Below are positions 1-13,307 of a stretch of DNA of 64,000 bases, in pieces; position 1 is the first letter of the stretch; the number at the start of each line of letters is the position of its first letter. The DNA comes from Octopus vulgaris (taxonomy: Eukaryota). The stretch is taken from positions 39,990,001 to 40,054,000 of the forward strand of contig OX597821.1 of the NCBI GenBank assembly GCA_951406725.2, in the 5' to 3' direction. The translations under genes and the position numbers were made by a program. The notes beneath the pieces are model-generated. The model was not told the origin of the DNA. It did not search any database and worked only from the letters and a program-made list of their open reading frames with translations.

Positions 1-919
1 GAAATTTGGTAGAGTATATTAACAATATCAACCCAGATGACATCGGATAATTGAAGCATGACTGACAGACAGTTTCTTAGGTGTGAGTCTGAACACAACA
101 AAAACAAAAACAAAAAAAAGGATACATGAAGTTCCAAACAGAACGTTTTAATAATATTGAAGCACATATTTAGAATTTACATCATACGTAGCAAAGACAA
201 AAGTAATAAGTGAACGAACATCAATAGAAAATGTAAACTAACCAGCTCTCTTCATCAACATCTCTGTAGTTAAAAATGGCACGTGTAATATCATCTCAGA
301 AAAAAACAAAATATTCTTGATATGATATGAGATTTGTTTTGTTTTTTATCTTTGTTAGATATGTAATATGTAACACAAAAAGTGAATAAATTTTAAAATA
401 AAGATGAATTATCATGAGGGAAGGCCAACATCTATTAAGGTTTTAGGAACTAACATATTCCATACTAAATGGGATACAATATTAAATGTGACGTTTGATA
501 ACTCTGATCAGATATCTATCAAATAGAAGTCATAATATGCTAGAAGTAGGAGGGTGGAAAATGGCAATTTTGATAGAAGTTTTCTCTGGGAGATGAGGTG
601 TTATTCCATATCTGTCACAGACATTGTGTGGTGCTTGTTGCTAAAATATGTAACTATATTCTTTTCTGATTCTGAAAATAGTGAAAATATTTATTTGGAT
701 TTAAATATTCTTAAACTTAGGAAGATAAAGCTATTTGAAACAGCTATTCCAGTGCTTATTCCCTTCAAACCATTTTACATGTTTTATACACAATATCACA
801 AATTGTTTATGATTCAATAGAATAAAACTATTTATATTTTCACACACAGTTGTATACGCACACACAGACAGGCATGCATAATGAATGTGTGTGTGTGTGT
901 GTGTTAAAGGAGAAAAATA

Positions 920-1680
920 GGTAACTGGGAAATTAAGAATAATGAAGTTAAAATAGGATTAGAGAAAAGAATTCCCAGCACAAATGATAAAAAGAAAAAC
1001 TAGGGAAAAAATTCAACCGAAGGAAAAATCAAGTATTAGAAAGGGGTTGAAAAAGGATTAAAAAATATAAACTACAATATAAAGTAATAACAAGGAATCA
1101 ATTGTAAGTGATCCTGATAATATAAATGATTTACAACAAACACATAACGACTGCACATAGCAACTTAGTTGTAACTTTTATAGACAGGGTTTACAATAAT
1201 GTCGCTTTTATATATAAGAAGTTTTTTTTTATATAATAAAAATAAAAATCATAAAAAAATTGGAAATGTAGGAAAATGACAAAAAGAGATGAGACACAAA
1301 TATTATATATATAAAAAAAATCTACTTAAAAGTCTGATAGTAGGTAAATTTATGTTCTACCTGAAACATCTCTTTAAAACCCTTAGCTATCAATATAACA
1401 AGTATATTAAAACTATATGTAAAACAAAAACAAAATATAGAAATAAATTCTTTGACGCTATCAAATATTTCTCTAAAGTGAATTGATATTGGATTATTGA
1501 CAATCTAAGCATAATTATAGAAATATTAAACGAATTATTAAAGAAAGAAAAGTATAGAAAATACTCTAAAGAATTATGATTTCACTTCTAAAATCTCAAA
1601 CTTGAAGACAAATTGGAAGACATCATAATTGAAATTACAGAATGGCAAAAGAAAATTATAAAAATAATAACAAAGAAAAA
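920..1680 (+). mobile_element. Highly degraded Penelope-like element RT N-terminal region (Neptune/Naiad-like)
   Basis: Interrupted translations NLVVTFIDRVYNNVAFIYKK and KYFSKVN*YWIIDN...KNYDFTS resemble the PLE motifs VPxDKAxNNxAFIC, GVNxxWI and TFDFSTLYT; many stops and frameshifts. Confidence 0.55.
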
Positions 1681-1759
1681 CTAAAAAAAAAAACAAATCA
1701 AGGTTCAGTAACATTAGTAAAATAAAGCTGTCACTATATTTTATATTAAACTGTTATTA

Positions 1760-1940
1760 CTGTATAGTGTCTGATCAGCCTTGTAAGGCATTCCAATTGT
1801 GGCCATCTCATCAAATTTTCAAGTACAATATAGAACAGTGTTATTAGTCCTTCCTTTTTTATAGATTGTAGCATGTGATCTCAAGGTGATATGGTTGCTA
1901 TGTGTAGCAGGTCAAACAGCTGCATAGAGGCTCCTCACTT
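1760..1940 (-). repeat. Dispersed SINE-tail-like repeat (family also at about 4450-4650, 49740-49940, 55820-56035, 63160-63330)
   Basis: Shared core gaaatagcagccaaatc...ggatggtcatggctggaatgc...gacctggggctaaa(caa)n among the copies. Confidence 0.55.
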
Positions 1941-2085
1941 CTTTGATTTAGGTTAAGTAAATGTAAATTCATTTTCCTAAACATCAGAATTCTAATGGGA
2001 TTAAACAAAAGACATCATTTAGCAAATCTATACTTATTTAATTTTGAAAATATATAAATGAACGATAAATATAATTTTAGGAATA

Positions 2086-2302
2086 CTCTTTTACTCTTTT
2101 ACTCTTTTACTTGTTTCAGTCCTTTGACTGCAGCCATGCTGGAGCACCACCCTTAGTCGAGCAACTCGACCCCAGAACTTATTCTTTGTAAGCCCAGTAC
2201 TTATTCTATCAGTCTCTTTCGCTGAACCGCTAAGTGACGGGGACATAAACACACCAGCATCGGTTGTCAAGCAATGCTAGGGGGACAAACATAGACACAC
2301 AA

Positions 2303-2335
<33 letters not shown>

Positions 2336-2496
2336 CATATATACGACGGGCTTCTTTAAGTTTCCACCTATCAAATCCACTCACAAGGCTTTGGTTGGCC
2401 CGAGGCTATAGTAAAAGACACTTGTCCAAGGTGCCACGCAGTGGGGCTAAACCCGGAACCATGTGGTTGGTAAACAAGCTACTTACCACACAGCCA
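2086..2496 (-). mobile_element. tRNA-derived SINE family A (CORE-like), near full length
   Basis: Reverse complement of 34917-35337; A/B box head, accttggacaagtg CORE-like motif, internal (TA)/(CA) tract, (agtaaaag)n tail. Confidence 0.9.
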
Positions 2497-3229
2497 ATAT
2501 ACCTTATATATTTCATCAAATCCCTAATCACATGGTCAGATTTCGAGAATTTTATTTTATCAACAAATTTATCCAAAAGATTTTGAAATATATAAAAAGG
2601 GCATAAGATATTTTTCACCCAGTTTTTTAGGTAAAAATATCAATATTAAAGTAGAAAATTCCTCTCTAAATTATATTTCAAAATAAAAAAAAAATTGCCA
2701 TTTGGTATATAAAGAAGGTAATACCATAAGGGACCCATATTTATTCATGTATGATATGTATGGTGTGTAGTTATTTGAACATTTTAAACCTAAAAACGAG
2801 AGGGCACCTTATACTTGGGAACACGGTTCCAGTCTGAAGTCAGGATGGGACAACCAGGAGATGAATATATCTGCTGTCAAAAAAGAGTTTAAGTAACCGT
2901 AATAAAGTTACATCCTTCTATGATTGTAATAATAAGTCAAATACATTTATTAAAAATTAATTATTAGTGACAGATGCAGTATTAAAACCAAAAGGTAATT
3001 CTTTATAACCAACTTAACACAGAGATCTTGTTAGAGCATCAAAAAATGCCTTTTTAACCTTGGGACATTCTCTCATAGAGGCATTTGGGGCATAAAAGCA
3101 CAAACATAGATTGTAGCTGACAAGAACTGTCTGTGGCTGCCAGAATTTCCATATCATGTGATTTCATTCTACTAGATATCATCATTTTACAAGTATGCCT
3201 GTGTCAGAGATCAAAGCTCAATATCCTTT

Positions 3230-3442
3230 TCTGCTCTAGACCCAAGGCCCAGAATTTTGAGGGGAGGGGTCCAGTTAATTAGATCGATCCTAGTATGCAA
3301 CTGGTGCTCAATTTATCGACCCTGGAAGGATGAAAGACAAAGTCGACCTCAGTAGAATTTGAACTCAGAACATAAAGACAGACAAAATACTGCTAAGCAT
3401 TTCACCTGGTGTGATAACATTTCTGCCAGCTCACCACCTTTA
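3230..3442 (-). mobile_element. SINE family B (Meta-domain-like)
   Basis: Matches the reverse complement of 11619-11852, including gtcgactttgcctttcatcc...gtcgataaatt. Confidence 0.8.
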
Positions 3443-5299
3443 ATCAATGCTCAATATTGCTTGATTGTTTACCAATTGAAATAATTCAGAAATGAAATAT
3501 AAAACCAAAAGGGAAATGGCCGAACGATTTCGATTTAGTTTAGACACTGTTACGTATATGTGTGTATGTGTGTGACTTAGTCTTTTTATATACATTAGTG
3601 TGTAACTTGTGTATATGTTTCAATTAATTTGTGTGTATATGTATATGTGTGTAACTATATGTATATATATATATATATACTCTGTCACTTTGTGCTCTGT
3701 ACATTTGATCTATTAATATATGCTGCTATATGAACATTTACTCGTTAAGGTTTATTATGTATTAATTAATAACCAGCAATTATAATTAATAACACAAAGG
3801 TGTTCCAATCAGAAATAATCAGTTGGTGCGTCATTTGATATGAACATACATGCATACACACACACACACACACACACATTTATATATACAGAAAGAAAGA
3901 GAGAGATTGAGAGAGGGGAGCGAGATGTAATTTTAAAATTGGCACGATTGGCAAAGAATGCTCCAAGAGAATTACTGCAATCAACCTTCAATACCAAAGA
4001 ATATAAAAACGGACTCTAGAATATAACTAGAATGTAATCATTGTTTACTAACTATTTCATAATAACTTTCATTTAACTAAAGAATTATTTTTTTCCCTCT
4101 ATGCTGACTGTATAACATTTATGCCTTCTGTGTTTAAAGGTTGATGCCTGAAATTTGGCAAGGCTGTCTTAACCGATTGTGATGTTAACACACTACTGGA
4201 CACAATTACAACCTACATTGATAAAGTTTAATTGTGACTTTCAAAATTACTTTTTGAGGCGTTTGTGATTTGTGAATTTTGCTATTGTATTTTATATAGC
4301 TATTATAATAAATCTGGCTAAAAAAACAGTGTATAGTAGGCACAAAATATGTATTTCTTTCTGAGATGTCGCTGTTCCCAATCATTGGTGTGCATTAAGC
4401 ACAAGTATGTAGTAGATATGAATAAGTATGATGATGCAAATAAGCATGGACTAAGAGTGAAACCTCTCTACAGTTACTAAACCTGTGAGAAATAGCAGCC
4501 AAATCACCCACGAATTATACTGTGTCATGAAGTGAAAAGACTCATTAGTTAATATAGTTCTAGTTACACTGAAAAGAAGGGATGGTCATGGCTGGAATGC
4601 TTTTAATGATAGTTCTTTTGTTTGACCTGGGGCTAAATAACAATAACTAAGTTAGGGGATAAACAGAATAGTAAAAACATGAAGTTTATACAGAATAAAG
4701 CAGAAAAACAAGGGTTATACAGAATTTGAAAAGTAATGAGGAAAGCTGTTTTGACAAGGAAAAAATAAAGAAATCCATGAAAAATATCATTTATGAAAAC
4801 AAAAAGATAAACTTTGCAAATTCCAATATTTACAGAAAAAATTTCTCTCTGTTGGAGCCAATTTCTTTTAGTTCCAGGTTGTAGTCCCAGATTGTGTGTC
4901 TGTCTTTATTAAGGGGGCGGGGAGCAAGATTTATGCATGGTTCATTGTTCTAGTCATTAACCTTCATCGCCAAATATGTACTGACCACCGTTACGCTTTG
5001 ATGAACAAATTGTTAATGATATCAAACAAAGACTGCAATTTTTTTCCTTTGAAACGAAAATATATTTGTATTTTTAAAAAAGGTAAAGTTTTTAAAACTA
5101 GGTATTAATAATTTAAAGCAACCAAGAATATCATTAATCTAAATAAAGTCTCGGGATATATGCATACAAGCATATTGTCTGTAAAGAGAATTTCAATTTA
5201 AAGAAAGATTCTACAGAGAAGCTCTTTAAATGCTTGAGTGTACATCCTCAGCAGCCACCCTCTTCATTTGAGTGCTTGAGTGTACACCTTCTTCCAGCA

Positions 5300-5475
5300 G
5301 CCACCCTCTTCACTCAGAGCAGCACTACCTTCTCCAGGCACTTGATGTAGGCCTCTATGTTGAGCCTGGACCGTGTGGGAAGATAAATGGAAGCATAACA
5401 TCGCCATCACTAGTGATTACTCTAAACACCATGACGTTGACTGGATATTTGATTTGTATCACTCTTAGTAGATTT
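5300..5475 (-). pseudogene. Tc1/mariner (maT/DD37D-like) transposase fragment
   Basis: Minus strand reads KYPVNVMVFRVITSDGDVMLPFIFPHG(fs)RLNIEAYIKCLEKVVLL*VKRVAAGR, typical of the catalytic domain just before the WQQD motif. Confidence 0.8.
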
Positions 5476-5769
5476 CCTCAGATTGACACTCAAACACTTT
5501 GAAATATTCGTATTGGAGCTTCTGGTGCAAATGCCAAACAGTACAGCATTTTGTTTCCAAATTTCAAACTCTGTAAATTGCGTCATGGTGCTGTTTTTCT
5601 CACAGATGTTACCCAACCAATTCTACTATATTCTGTAGTTGACAAAATCAAAAACAAACAATGTGTATGCACAAAATTAAAAATATTAAATGGTGACAAT
5701 TTACCCACTGCACCCTGTATGTATGCATGCATATAGAGTATCGTACTAGATTAGCCAAGTATCTCCTCT

Positions 5770-6120
5770 ATAGTAAGACAACTATCTCTGTCTCTTTATG
5801 ACACTCTTACCTGGAACACAGCCATTTCCCTTGGTTCCTCTCTCAATCTCTCTCAACTTAGAGGTCTTTGTCTTACAAGTTACTTGGTGCTATTGCTGGC
5901 TTTGTTATCATGTAAAAAAATACTTGTGCTGGTGCCATGTAAAAAGCGCCGAATATACTCTGTAAAGTAGTGGGTATTAGGAAGGGCATCCAGTCAAAGA
6001 AGATCATGCCAAACAGACAACTGGAGCCTGGTGCAGCTTTCTGGCTTGCCAAATCCTGTCAAACTGTCCAACCCATGCCAGCATGGAAAATGAATGTTGA
6101 ATGATGATGATGATGATGAT
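5770..6120 (+). mobile_element. RTE-LINE 3' UTR/tail repeat (family C)
   Basis: ttaggaagggcatccag...tccaacccatgccagcatggaa...(gat)n tail shared with the LINE at 12846-14400. Confidence 0.8.
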
Positions 6121-6561
6121 ATATATGTATATATAATGTATGTGTATAATCATCTCCTGATGTCTTCCTGCTATTTCAGCAGCTGTGGTGTGTTTGTGTC
6201 TCCCATAAAGAGCAATTTGGCATAAGAGATGGGCAGTAGACAAACTTACTTTAAAAAGCAAGGTTGGTTTGAAGAAAGTCATCTAGCTGCAAAATAAGTC
6301 TTAAGAAGTCTTGTGCAATCCATGACATCTTGTAGAGCAAAAATGAAAATAATGATGATGATGATGATATAACATGGTTTTTATCAACCAGGTCCCACTC
6401 AAAAGGCATTGGCTTATATAAGGGTTCAAAGGAAAAGCACCTTACAAGCCACACAGTAAGATTGAACCAAGTACCTTGTGGATACAAATTCCTTGGCCAC
6501 CTGACTATGTCACTGGCTATAAATAAATAGAAAATAGTACTAAATACCAATGACAAATGTT

Positions 6562-6782
6562 TTAACTCTTTAGCATTTAATCTGGCCATATTTGGTCCAA
6601 ATTTTTTATACTCTAAACTGGCCAGATCTAGCCTCTCACATTTTCCCTACAATGCCATTCTAAAAATAAACAGCTATACAATGGTAATCTTTTTTCTAGA
6701 AGATAATGCATGATTAATTCAAAACAATATGAATAAATAAGCATTACATTTGACAGAGAAATCTGAATGCTGAAGGAATAAA
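6562..6782. mobile_element. MITE-like element with TTAA-type termini (second copy about 36945-37155)
   Basis: ttaactctttagcatt ... aatgctgaaggaataa imperfect terminal inverted repeats; related inverted copy elsewhere in the window. Confidence 0.55.
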
Positions 6783-7004
6783 TCCATTTTCTCTGCTAAA
6801 GCTGGGATTAGTCAAATAGGATCCATGGCTTTCATATTGTTCTCTTCCTGGCACTCATTTTTTAACGCAATGTCTAATGGCTGAATGCCCATCTTTTTCC
6901 ACTAATCCCTTTTAGCCACCTCCTATGAAACAGAGATTGATCGTTAATCTATTCTAAAACAGACATAAACACAGTATAGAATTTATAATGTAAATAAAAA
7001 AAAA

Positions 7005-7170
7005 TCATCATCATCATTGTTGTCATTTAACGTCTGTTTTCCATGCTGGCATGGGTTGGACGGTTTGACTGAGGGCTGGTGAGCCAGAAGGCTGCACCAG
7101 GCTCAATCTGATCTGGCAAAGTTTCTACAGCTGGATGCCCTTCCTAATGCCAACCACTCCAAGAATGTAG
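7005..7170 (-). mobile_element. Family C RTE-tail repeat
   Basis: (cat)n tttaacgtc...ccatgctggcatgggttggacgg...ctggatgcccttcctaatgccaacc. Confidence 0.85.
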
Positions 7171-7279
7171 TAATGTAAATGAAAATAAAAGGTAACTACA
7201 AAAAAATAGATTCATAAAATAATAAAACAAAATTAGTTTACTTCTGTGGACAAATGTGGAGAGTTTATGAATTATTATT

Positions 7280-7720
7280 TAAGTGTATAGATATAGACAG
7301 TGCTTTAGGTTTACATAAGCATAATAAATTTAGGATAATGTTTTTGTTATAAATATAAATAATTCTCTGTAGAATATTTACAAATGATAATATGAAAATA
7401 AAAATGAACTGGATAGTAATAAGATTTCTTTATTTCTAAAGGATGACATGTTACAACAAACTAACCAACACCAAGATACCTAACTGTGAGAGAAATAGGT
7501 TTATAAACATTATCAATAGAGAAATTTAAGTGCGATCTTTTGTATAATGAAGTCAATGTATCCAATTCACTGAAAATGTTAAGGAGGTCAATAAGAAAAG
7601 ATTTGAATAGATACATTTATGAAACCAAATGAAATATTTGCATTGACATTGAATTTAATAGGCTGAAATATATTTGAAACTGAAGAATATAATACTGAAA
7701 TCTTGATAGAATTATTGTAA
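7280..7720 (+). mobile_element. Possible very old PLE RT C-terminal remnant
   Basis: Faint resemblance to the region following the YIDD motif; heavily degraded. Confidence 0.3.
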
Positions 7721-8087
7721 ATTGATTGCAGGGATGATTTTAAAGTAAAGCTAGTGTTTAAGAACTTTACCTCACAGCCATGAGGTTCTGGTTTCATCAC
7801 AATGTGCAGCAAATTGGGATAAAAATGTCTTTGACTGTAGCCATGAGTTGTCTTTTAACTTGTGAGTGAAGCCATGCAGAGCCCATCCCCCCCTTCCCCT
7901 CCTCCTCCTCATCAGCAGCAGCAGCATCAGTAACAGCAGCAGATTTGTTATCATCTTCATCGTCATTGCAATTATCATTATTTTAACATGTATTTTTCCA
8001 TGCTCACACAGGTCAGAAGAAAATTGTTCTCCACCATTACTTGACAACCAAGTTATCAGTTTGGCAAAAGAGACTAAGAGAATAGAT

Positions 8088-8305
8088 ACCTATTTCTTTA
8101 CTACCCACAAGGGTCTAAACACAAAGGGCACAAACAAGGACATACAAACGGATTAAGTCGATTATATGGTACTTAATTTATCGACCCCGATAGGATGAAA
8201 GGCAAAGTCGACCTCAATGGAATTTGAACTCAGAACGTAGCGGCAGATGAAACACCACTCAGCATTTCGCCTGGCATGCTAACGTTTCTGTCAGCTCACC
8301 ACCTT
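8088..8305 (-). mobile_element. SINE family B (Meta-domain-like)
   Basis: High similarity to the reverse complement of 11619-11852. Confidence 0.85.
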
Positions 8306-9123
8306 AAGAGAATAGATACCAAGCAGAAGAATATAGTAACTGTTGTGACCAATTTGTTCAACTAAAATTCACAGTGCTGCCCCAGCAGAGTCACAGTTGT
8401 GTGTGTGTGTGTGTGCGCAATAGAGATGGGGCCACAATAAAACCACTTGGTGCCCTCCATAGAGAAGATGGCATTAGGAAGGGCATCCAGCTGTAGAAAC
8501 CATGCCAAAACTGAGGAGCTAGAATAAAATACGATCCATTGACTGATTGTACACTGTTTAACCATCAAACCAATGCTAACATTTAAAGCAGACGTGAAGT
8601 GATCGTGAGTTGGTGTGGTGGTAATGGTAGAGGAGGGTTTTAATGGTTCTGCTACTGCTGATGTTGAGGGTGATGATGACAACAATAATGATAATGGTGG
8701 CGATCGTGGTGGAGGTGGTGGTGGTGGTGGTGGTGGTGATATACTGCATATTATATTCAATGTTGTTTATAATAAAATCTTAATTGTTAAATTTTGCAAT
8801 TTATTCACATACACGAGGTTAATTATAGTCTATATATTAAATCAAGATGAGTTATCTAAATATAAGTCATTAAGAAAAGCAGCCTATTTCTCTCTCCTGT
8901 TAAATTGTGCATGAATTTGGATGAAGCAGATGAGCTGATTCAGGAGGAAATGTATACAGTGTAGGCAAGCGAAGGCATTTGTATTAAATTTGAGAGAGAA
9001 GAAGACAATACAGTCTTCCTCCCTCGTCTAAATTGTTGCCTGTGTAATCAGTAAACAAAAGATATCTGCTACAGTTACTGGCTTTATTTTAGTTCCTTTT
9101 GTTTTTTATACACACACACACAC

Positions 9124-9157
<34 letters not shown>

Positions 9158-9229
9158 ACACACACAAACACACACACAAACATGAGTAAATGTATTGAGA
9201 TGCAAGTTAGGTAAGTCGATTTACACAGA

Positions 9230-9625
9230 ATCATCATCATCATCATTTAACGTCCGCTTTCCATGTTTCCATGTTAGCTTGGATTGGACGATTTAACTGA
9301 AGTCTGGCGAACAAGTCTCCAATCTGATCTGGCTGAGTTTCTACAGCTGGATGGCCTTCCTAACGCCAACCACTCTGAGAGTGTAGTGGGTGCTTTTACA
9401 TGCCACTGGCACGAGGGCCAGTTTGGTGGTACTGGCAACGGGCATGCCGAAATGGTACATTTTATGTGCCGCCTGCACAGGAGCCAGTCCAGCGGCACTG
9501 GCAACAACCTTGCTCGAATATTTCACGTGCCACCAGCACAAGTGCTAGTAAGGTGATGCAGTAACGATCACACTCGAATGGTGTGCTTAATGTACCATCG
9601 GCACGAAGGCCAGCTTGTTGCTCTA
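9230..9625 (-). mobile_element. Family C RTE-tail repeat with internal gtgccNNtggcac subrepeats
   Basis: Reverse complement of the 21855-22183 type. Confidence 0.85.
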
Positions 9626-9729
9626 TTAAATACATTTAATAGAAATAATGTACATGTGTATGGAGATAAAATAGTCTGACTTACAGAATATAAATGATAT
9701 CAAGAGTTAAATGGGTAGAGTTTTACGAG

Positions 9730-9802
9730 TCCAACAGCTGTTTCTGGGTCTTGGTGGTCCCGACTAATGATTATCAGATAGCACTGCCTCCATCTTCAGG
9801 GA
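9730..9802 (-). ncRNA. Type I hammerhead ribozyme-like motif (PLE terminal-repeat type)
   Basis: Minus strand: tcc CTGAAGA tgg...cca GAAA cagctg TT gga; stem I, stem II and a palindromic stem III are in the correct order. Confidence 0.6.
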
Positions 9803-11618
9803 AGAATTATACATTTGAGAGGTTGATACGATGGAGCTTAAAAATGGAATGATTTTGTGTATTAGCAAGGAAGCAAGGGGAACTGGAGGTGTTTATCTAA
9901 ACAACCCCATTATTTCAGACCACCAAGCCCCCATATATATATATACACATATGCTTATATAGGTACAGGATGTCATCAACAGGGCAAATAACGTTAAATA
10001 CATAAACAAGCAAGGGTAAAATGAGTGAAATATGTAAACAAGAAAAAAATGGGAAACAGGACAAATAAACACAGAGAAAGGACCCTTAATCAGTTGTCTA
10101 TCTAATCCTCCGAGAATTCAATGAGAATATGAGTCTTCAAATATATATATATATATATATATTTAGCAGGCTTCTGCACAATTTCTGTCTATCAAATTCT
10201 CTTATAAGGCATTTATCAACCTGATGCTCTAGTAGAAGACACTTGCCCAAAGTGCTGTTCAGTGAGATTGAACCTGAGACCATATTGTGGCAAAGCAGGC
10301 TTCTTAACATCACTGCCTGTGTCTATAGCCAGCCATGGCCACACTTATATGTGTGTGTGTGTTTTTCTGTGTATACATGCATGTATATATATTTGTATAT
10401 ATATATATATACACACACACAGATATATATATTTGCGCATATATATATATATATATATATATATGCCATGAAATATTATATATATTACAGTTAGCACATA
10501 TTCTTGACATATATGCTGTGCATTGTATTTTGTTTCGCATGCATATGTTATATAGGTTGTGTATTGTACATGCCATATCCTACATATTGCATGATGGCTG
10601 ATGCCAAAAACATATTTCTCTTAAAACTTGCATCTGCAGTTTATATTGTGCTTTTTTTTTTCTATTCATTTCTTGTTGAAAGCCTTGAGAAGGGTGAATT
10701 CTATGAGCCTTCAGTAATGGCACAACAAGACATTAACAAGTAGATATTTTTCCATGTTAAATGCAAGTAATATATGTAAATAAAATACATTACTTGTAGT
10801 TTGAAATGATTCACTTACAACTTGTAATATATTTAGCAGCTCTTCAGCGTTCACAGATCCTAGACAGACAGAATGACCTCATCTTTCTCTCTCTTCAACA
10901 CACACACACATATACACACATGCTCACACACACACATACATTAAGATGCCCAAATTTATATTGATCACCATGGGCAGAATATAAAAGCTGCAGCACTTAA
11001 CTGCTAATTAATATTCTGATCATATATTTTAGCTAAAACAAAATGCTTCAACAACGATTGATTTAATGATTTCAGTTAATACTATGTTAAAGGTAAATAT
11101 GAACAGCCTGTTTTAAATTCCTCAACCAACTTGCTACTAACTATAAAGGGAACATCACATCTGAGGGTTCAAACCCATTACTTTCCATTGAAATTTGTGT
11201 GCCTTGAATTGAAACTGCAAGCATTTCCATAGAACTGTATACTTCCTTCAGTATATATATTCAAAAATATTTACACAGTTTCACTTAATGGTTGAATATA
11301 TTCCAGCTGTTATGTTAACGGTTTCATATTTGTCAGATTTACATTTACAGAGACTTGGAAACAAATTAATTCAATGTCTTCTTTCCAAATTGTGCATCTG
11401 AACATTTCAGTGAGTTGACAATAACCTTAAGGTATGTCGTGTAATTAAATGAAATCTAATAAATTTTTATGACTGGAAGAGAGGCACAGGTGTATATACT
11501 CTTCCTTCTCTGCAATTTTTTACTCACACATATAAATATATATACATCATCATCGTCATCGCCATCATCATTTAATGTCTGTTGTCCATATATGTGTGCG
11601 TGTATATATGTATCTATA

Positions 11619-11852
11619 GGGCGGCGAGCTGGCAGAAACGTTAGCACGCCGGGCGAAATGCTTAGCCGTATTTCGTCTGCCGTTAAGTGTTCTGGGTTCA
11701 AAATCCGCCGAGGTCGACTTTGCCTTTCATCCTTTCGGGGTCGATAAATTAAGTACCAGTTACGCACTGGGGTCGATGTAATCGACTTAATCCCTTTGTC
11801 TGTCCTTGTTCGTCCCTTCTATGTTTAGCCCCTTGTGGGCAGTAAAGAAATA
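11619..11852 (+). mobile_element. SINE family B (Meta-domain-like), young full-length copy
   Basis: ggcggcgagctggcagaaacgttagc head, B box gggttcaaaatcc, central gtcgactttgcctttcatcctttcggggtcgataaattaagtacc; CpGs retained. Confidence 0.9.
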
Positions 11853-11872
11853 TATATGTATCTATATATTTC

Positions 11873-12200
11873 TCACTTTTACTCTTTTACTTGTTTCAGT
11901 CATTTGACTGTGGCCATGCTAGAGCACCACCTTTAGTTGAGCAAATCAACCCCAGGACTTATCCTTTGTAAGCCTAGTACTTATTCTATCAGTCTCTTTT
12001 GCCAAACCGCTAAGTTACAGGGATGTAAACACACCAGCATAGGTTGTCAAGCTATGTTGGGAGGACAAACACAGACACACAGACACACATACACATATAT
12101 ATATACATATATACGATGGGCTTCTTTCAGTTTCCGTCTACCAAATCCACTCACAAGGCTTTGGTCGGTCCGAGGCTATAGTAGAAGACATTTGCCAAGG
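11873..12200 (-). mobile_element. SINE family A, 5' truncated
   Basis: Reverse complement of 34990-35337. Confidence 0.88.
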
Positions 12201-12845
12201 TAATTATATATAATTACAGTGTAGCCCCAATAGTTTCATGAGATCCAAGTTATCAGCTAAAAATCATAACAATTTCGTGTCATGTTCGATAAATACACAC
12301 ACGACACATTGTGGTGTAGCTTTTTATGATGATGACGATGATAATGATGATGCCAGCAATGATGAGGAAGGTTATGATTTCTTCATTTTTATGAAAACTA
12401 TGGTGGTTTGAAATTATTTAACTGTTGTTTTTTTTTTAAAATAAATTTAGGTTTCCTTTGCTAACTGCCAGCTGATATTAACAGCTAGCAGTTATTTATT
12501 CCATATAATGACTATATCTGTTATTACTTTCATAATTATATTCTAAATGGGAATAATAATAGGCTGCCATCTTATAGATTCGGTGTTCAAATCCATCACA
12601 GGCTTTTCTTTATGTATTTGGATAATTCACAAACGTTTAGGATAACTAATAGCTCTTTGGAGCAGTTACTCTAAATTATCTTTTTCAGGGGATAATGATT
12701 ACTCATCTATTTAAGAGCATAAATTAACATTAACGAGCTAAAGCATTGAGTGCCATTTGACATGATCATTTGTCATGCAATACATTATCTTGTGGCAGCA
12801 TATTTATATTATTTCATTCTAATGTTTTCTGTTACCATGTAGGAA

Positions 12846-13266
12846 TCATCACCATCCTCATCAACATCATCATCATTTAGCATCCTCCTTCCATGCTGGT
12901 ATGGGTTGGACGGTTTGACAGGAACTGGCTAGGCTAGGGCCTATGCCATGCTTCTGAGTGTGTTTTGGTATGGCTTTTACAACTGGATACACTTCCAAAC
13001 CCAACCACTCCATAGAATGAGCTGAGGGATTTTTATGTGCCACTCGCACAGGCAAGGTCAGTTTTGGTGTGGTTTTTACAGCTGAGGGCCCTTCCAAATG
13101 CCAACCACTTTACAGTGGGGACTGAATGCTTTTTAATCGGCACCAGCGCTGGAAGGGTCAGCGAGTGGCTCTGCAAAACAAGGAGTCCTTGAGAAGGAAG
13201 GGGGCATTGGAGGAAGGGATCTTGTGTCAGATGATGGAAGCTTAGATGAGATCCATGGTTACCTGG

Positions 13267-13307
<41 letters not shown>

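Noticed and set aside
1-250. Possible PLE RT thumb remnant (EYINNINP...FLGV)
   Set aside because: Too short and degraded at the window edge.
1484-1486. In-frame TGA in the PLE RT remnant as selenocysteine (some Naiad PLEs are selenoproteins)
   Set aside because: The element has many other stops and frameshifts, and no SECIS element was recognised.
5231-5315. ~42-bp tandem duplication as a CRISPR-like or regulatory repeat
   Set aside because: Two copies only, at the broken end of a mariner fragment; eukaryotic context.
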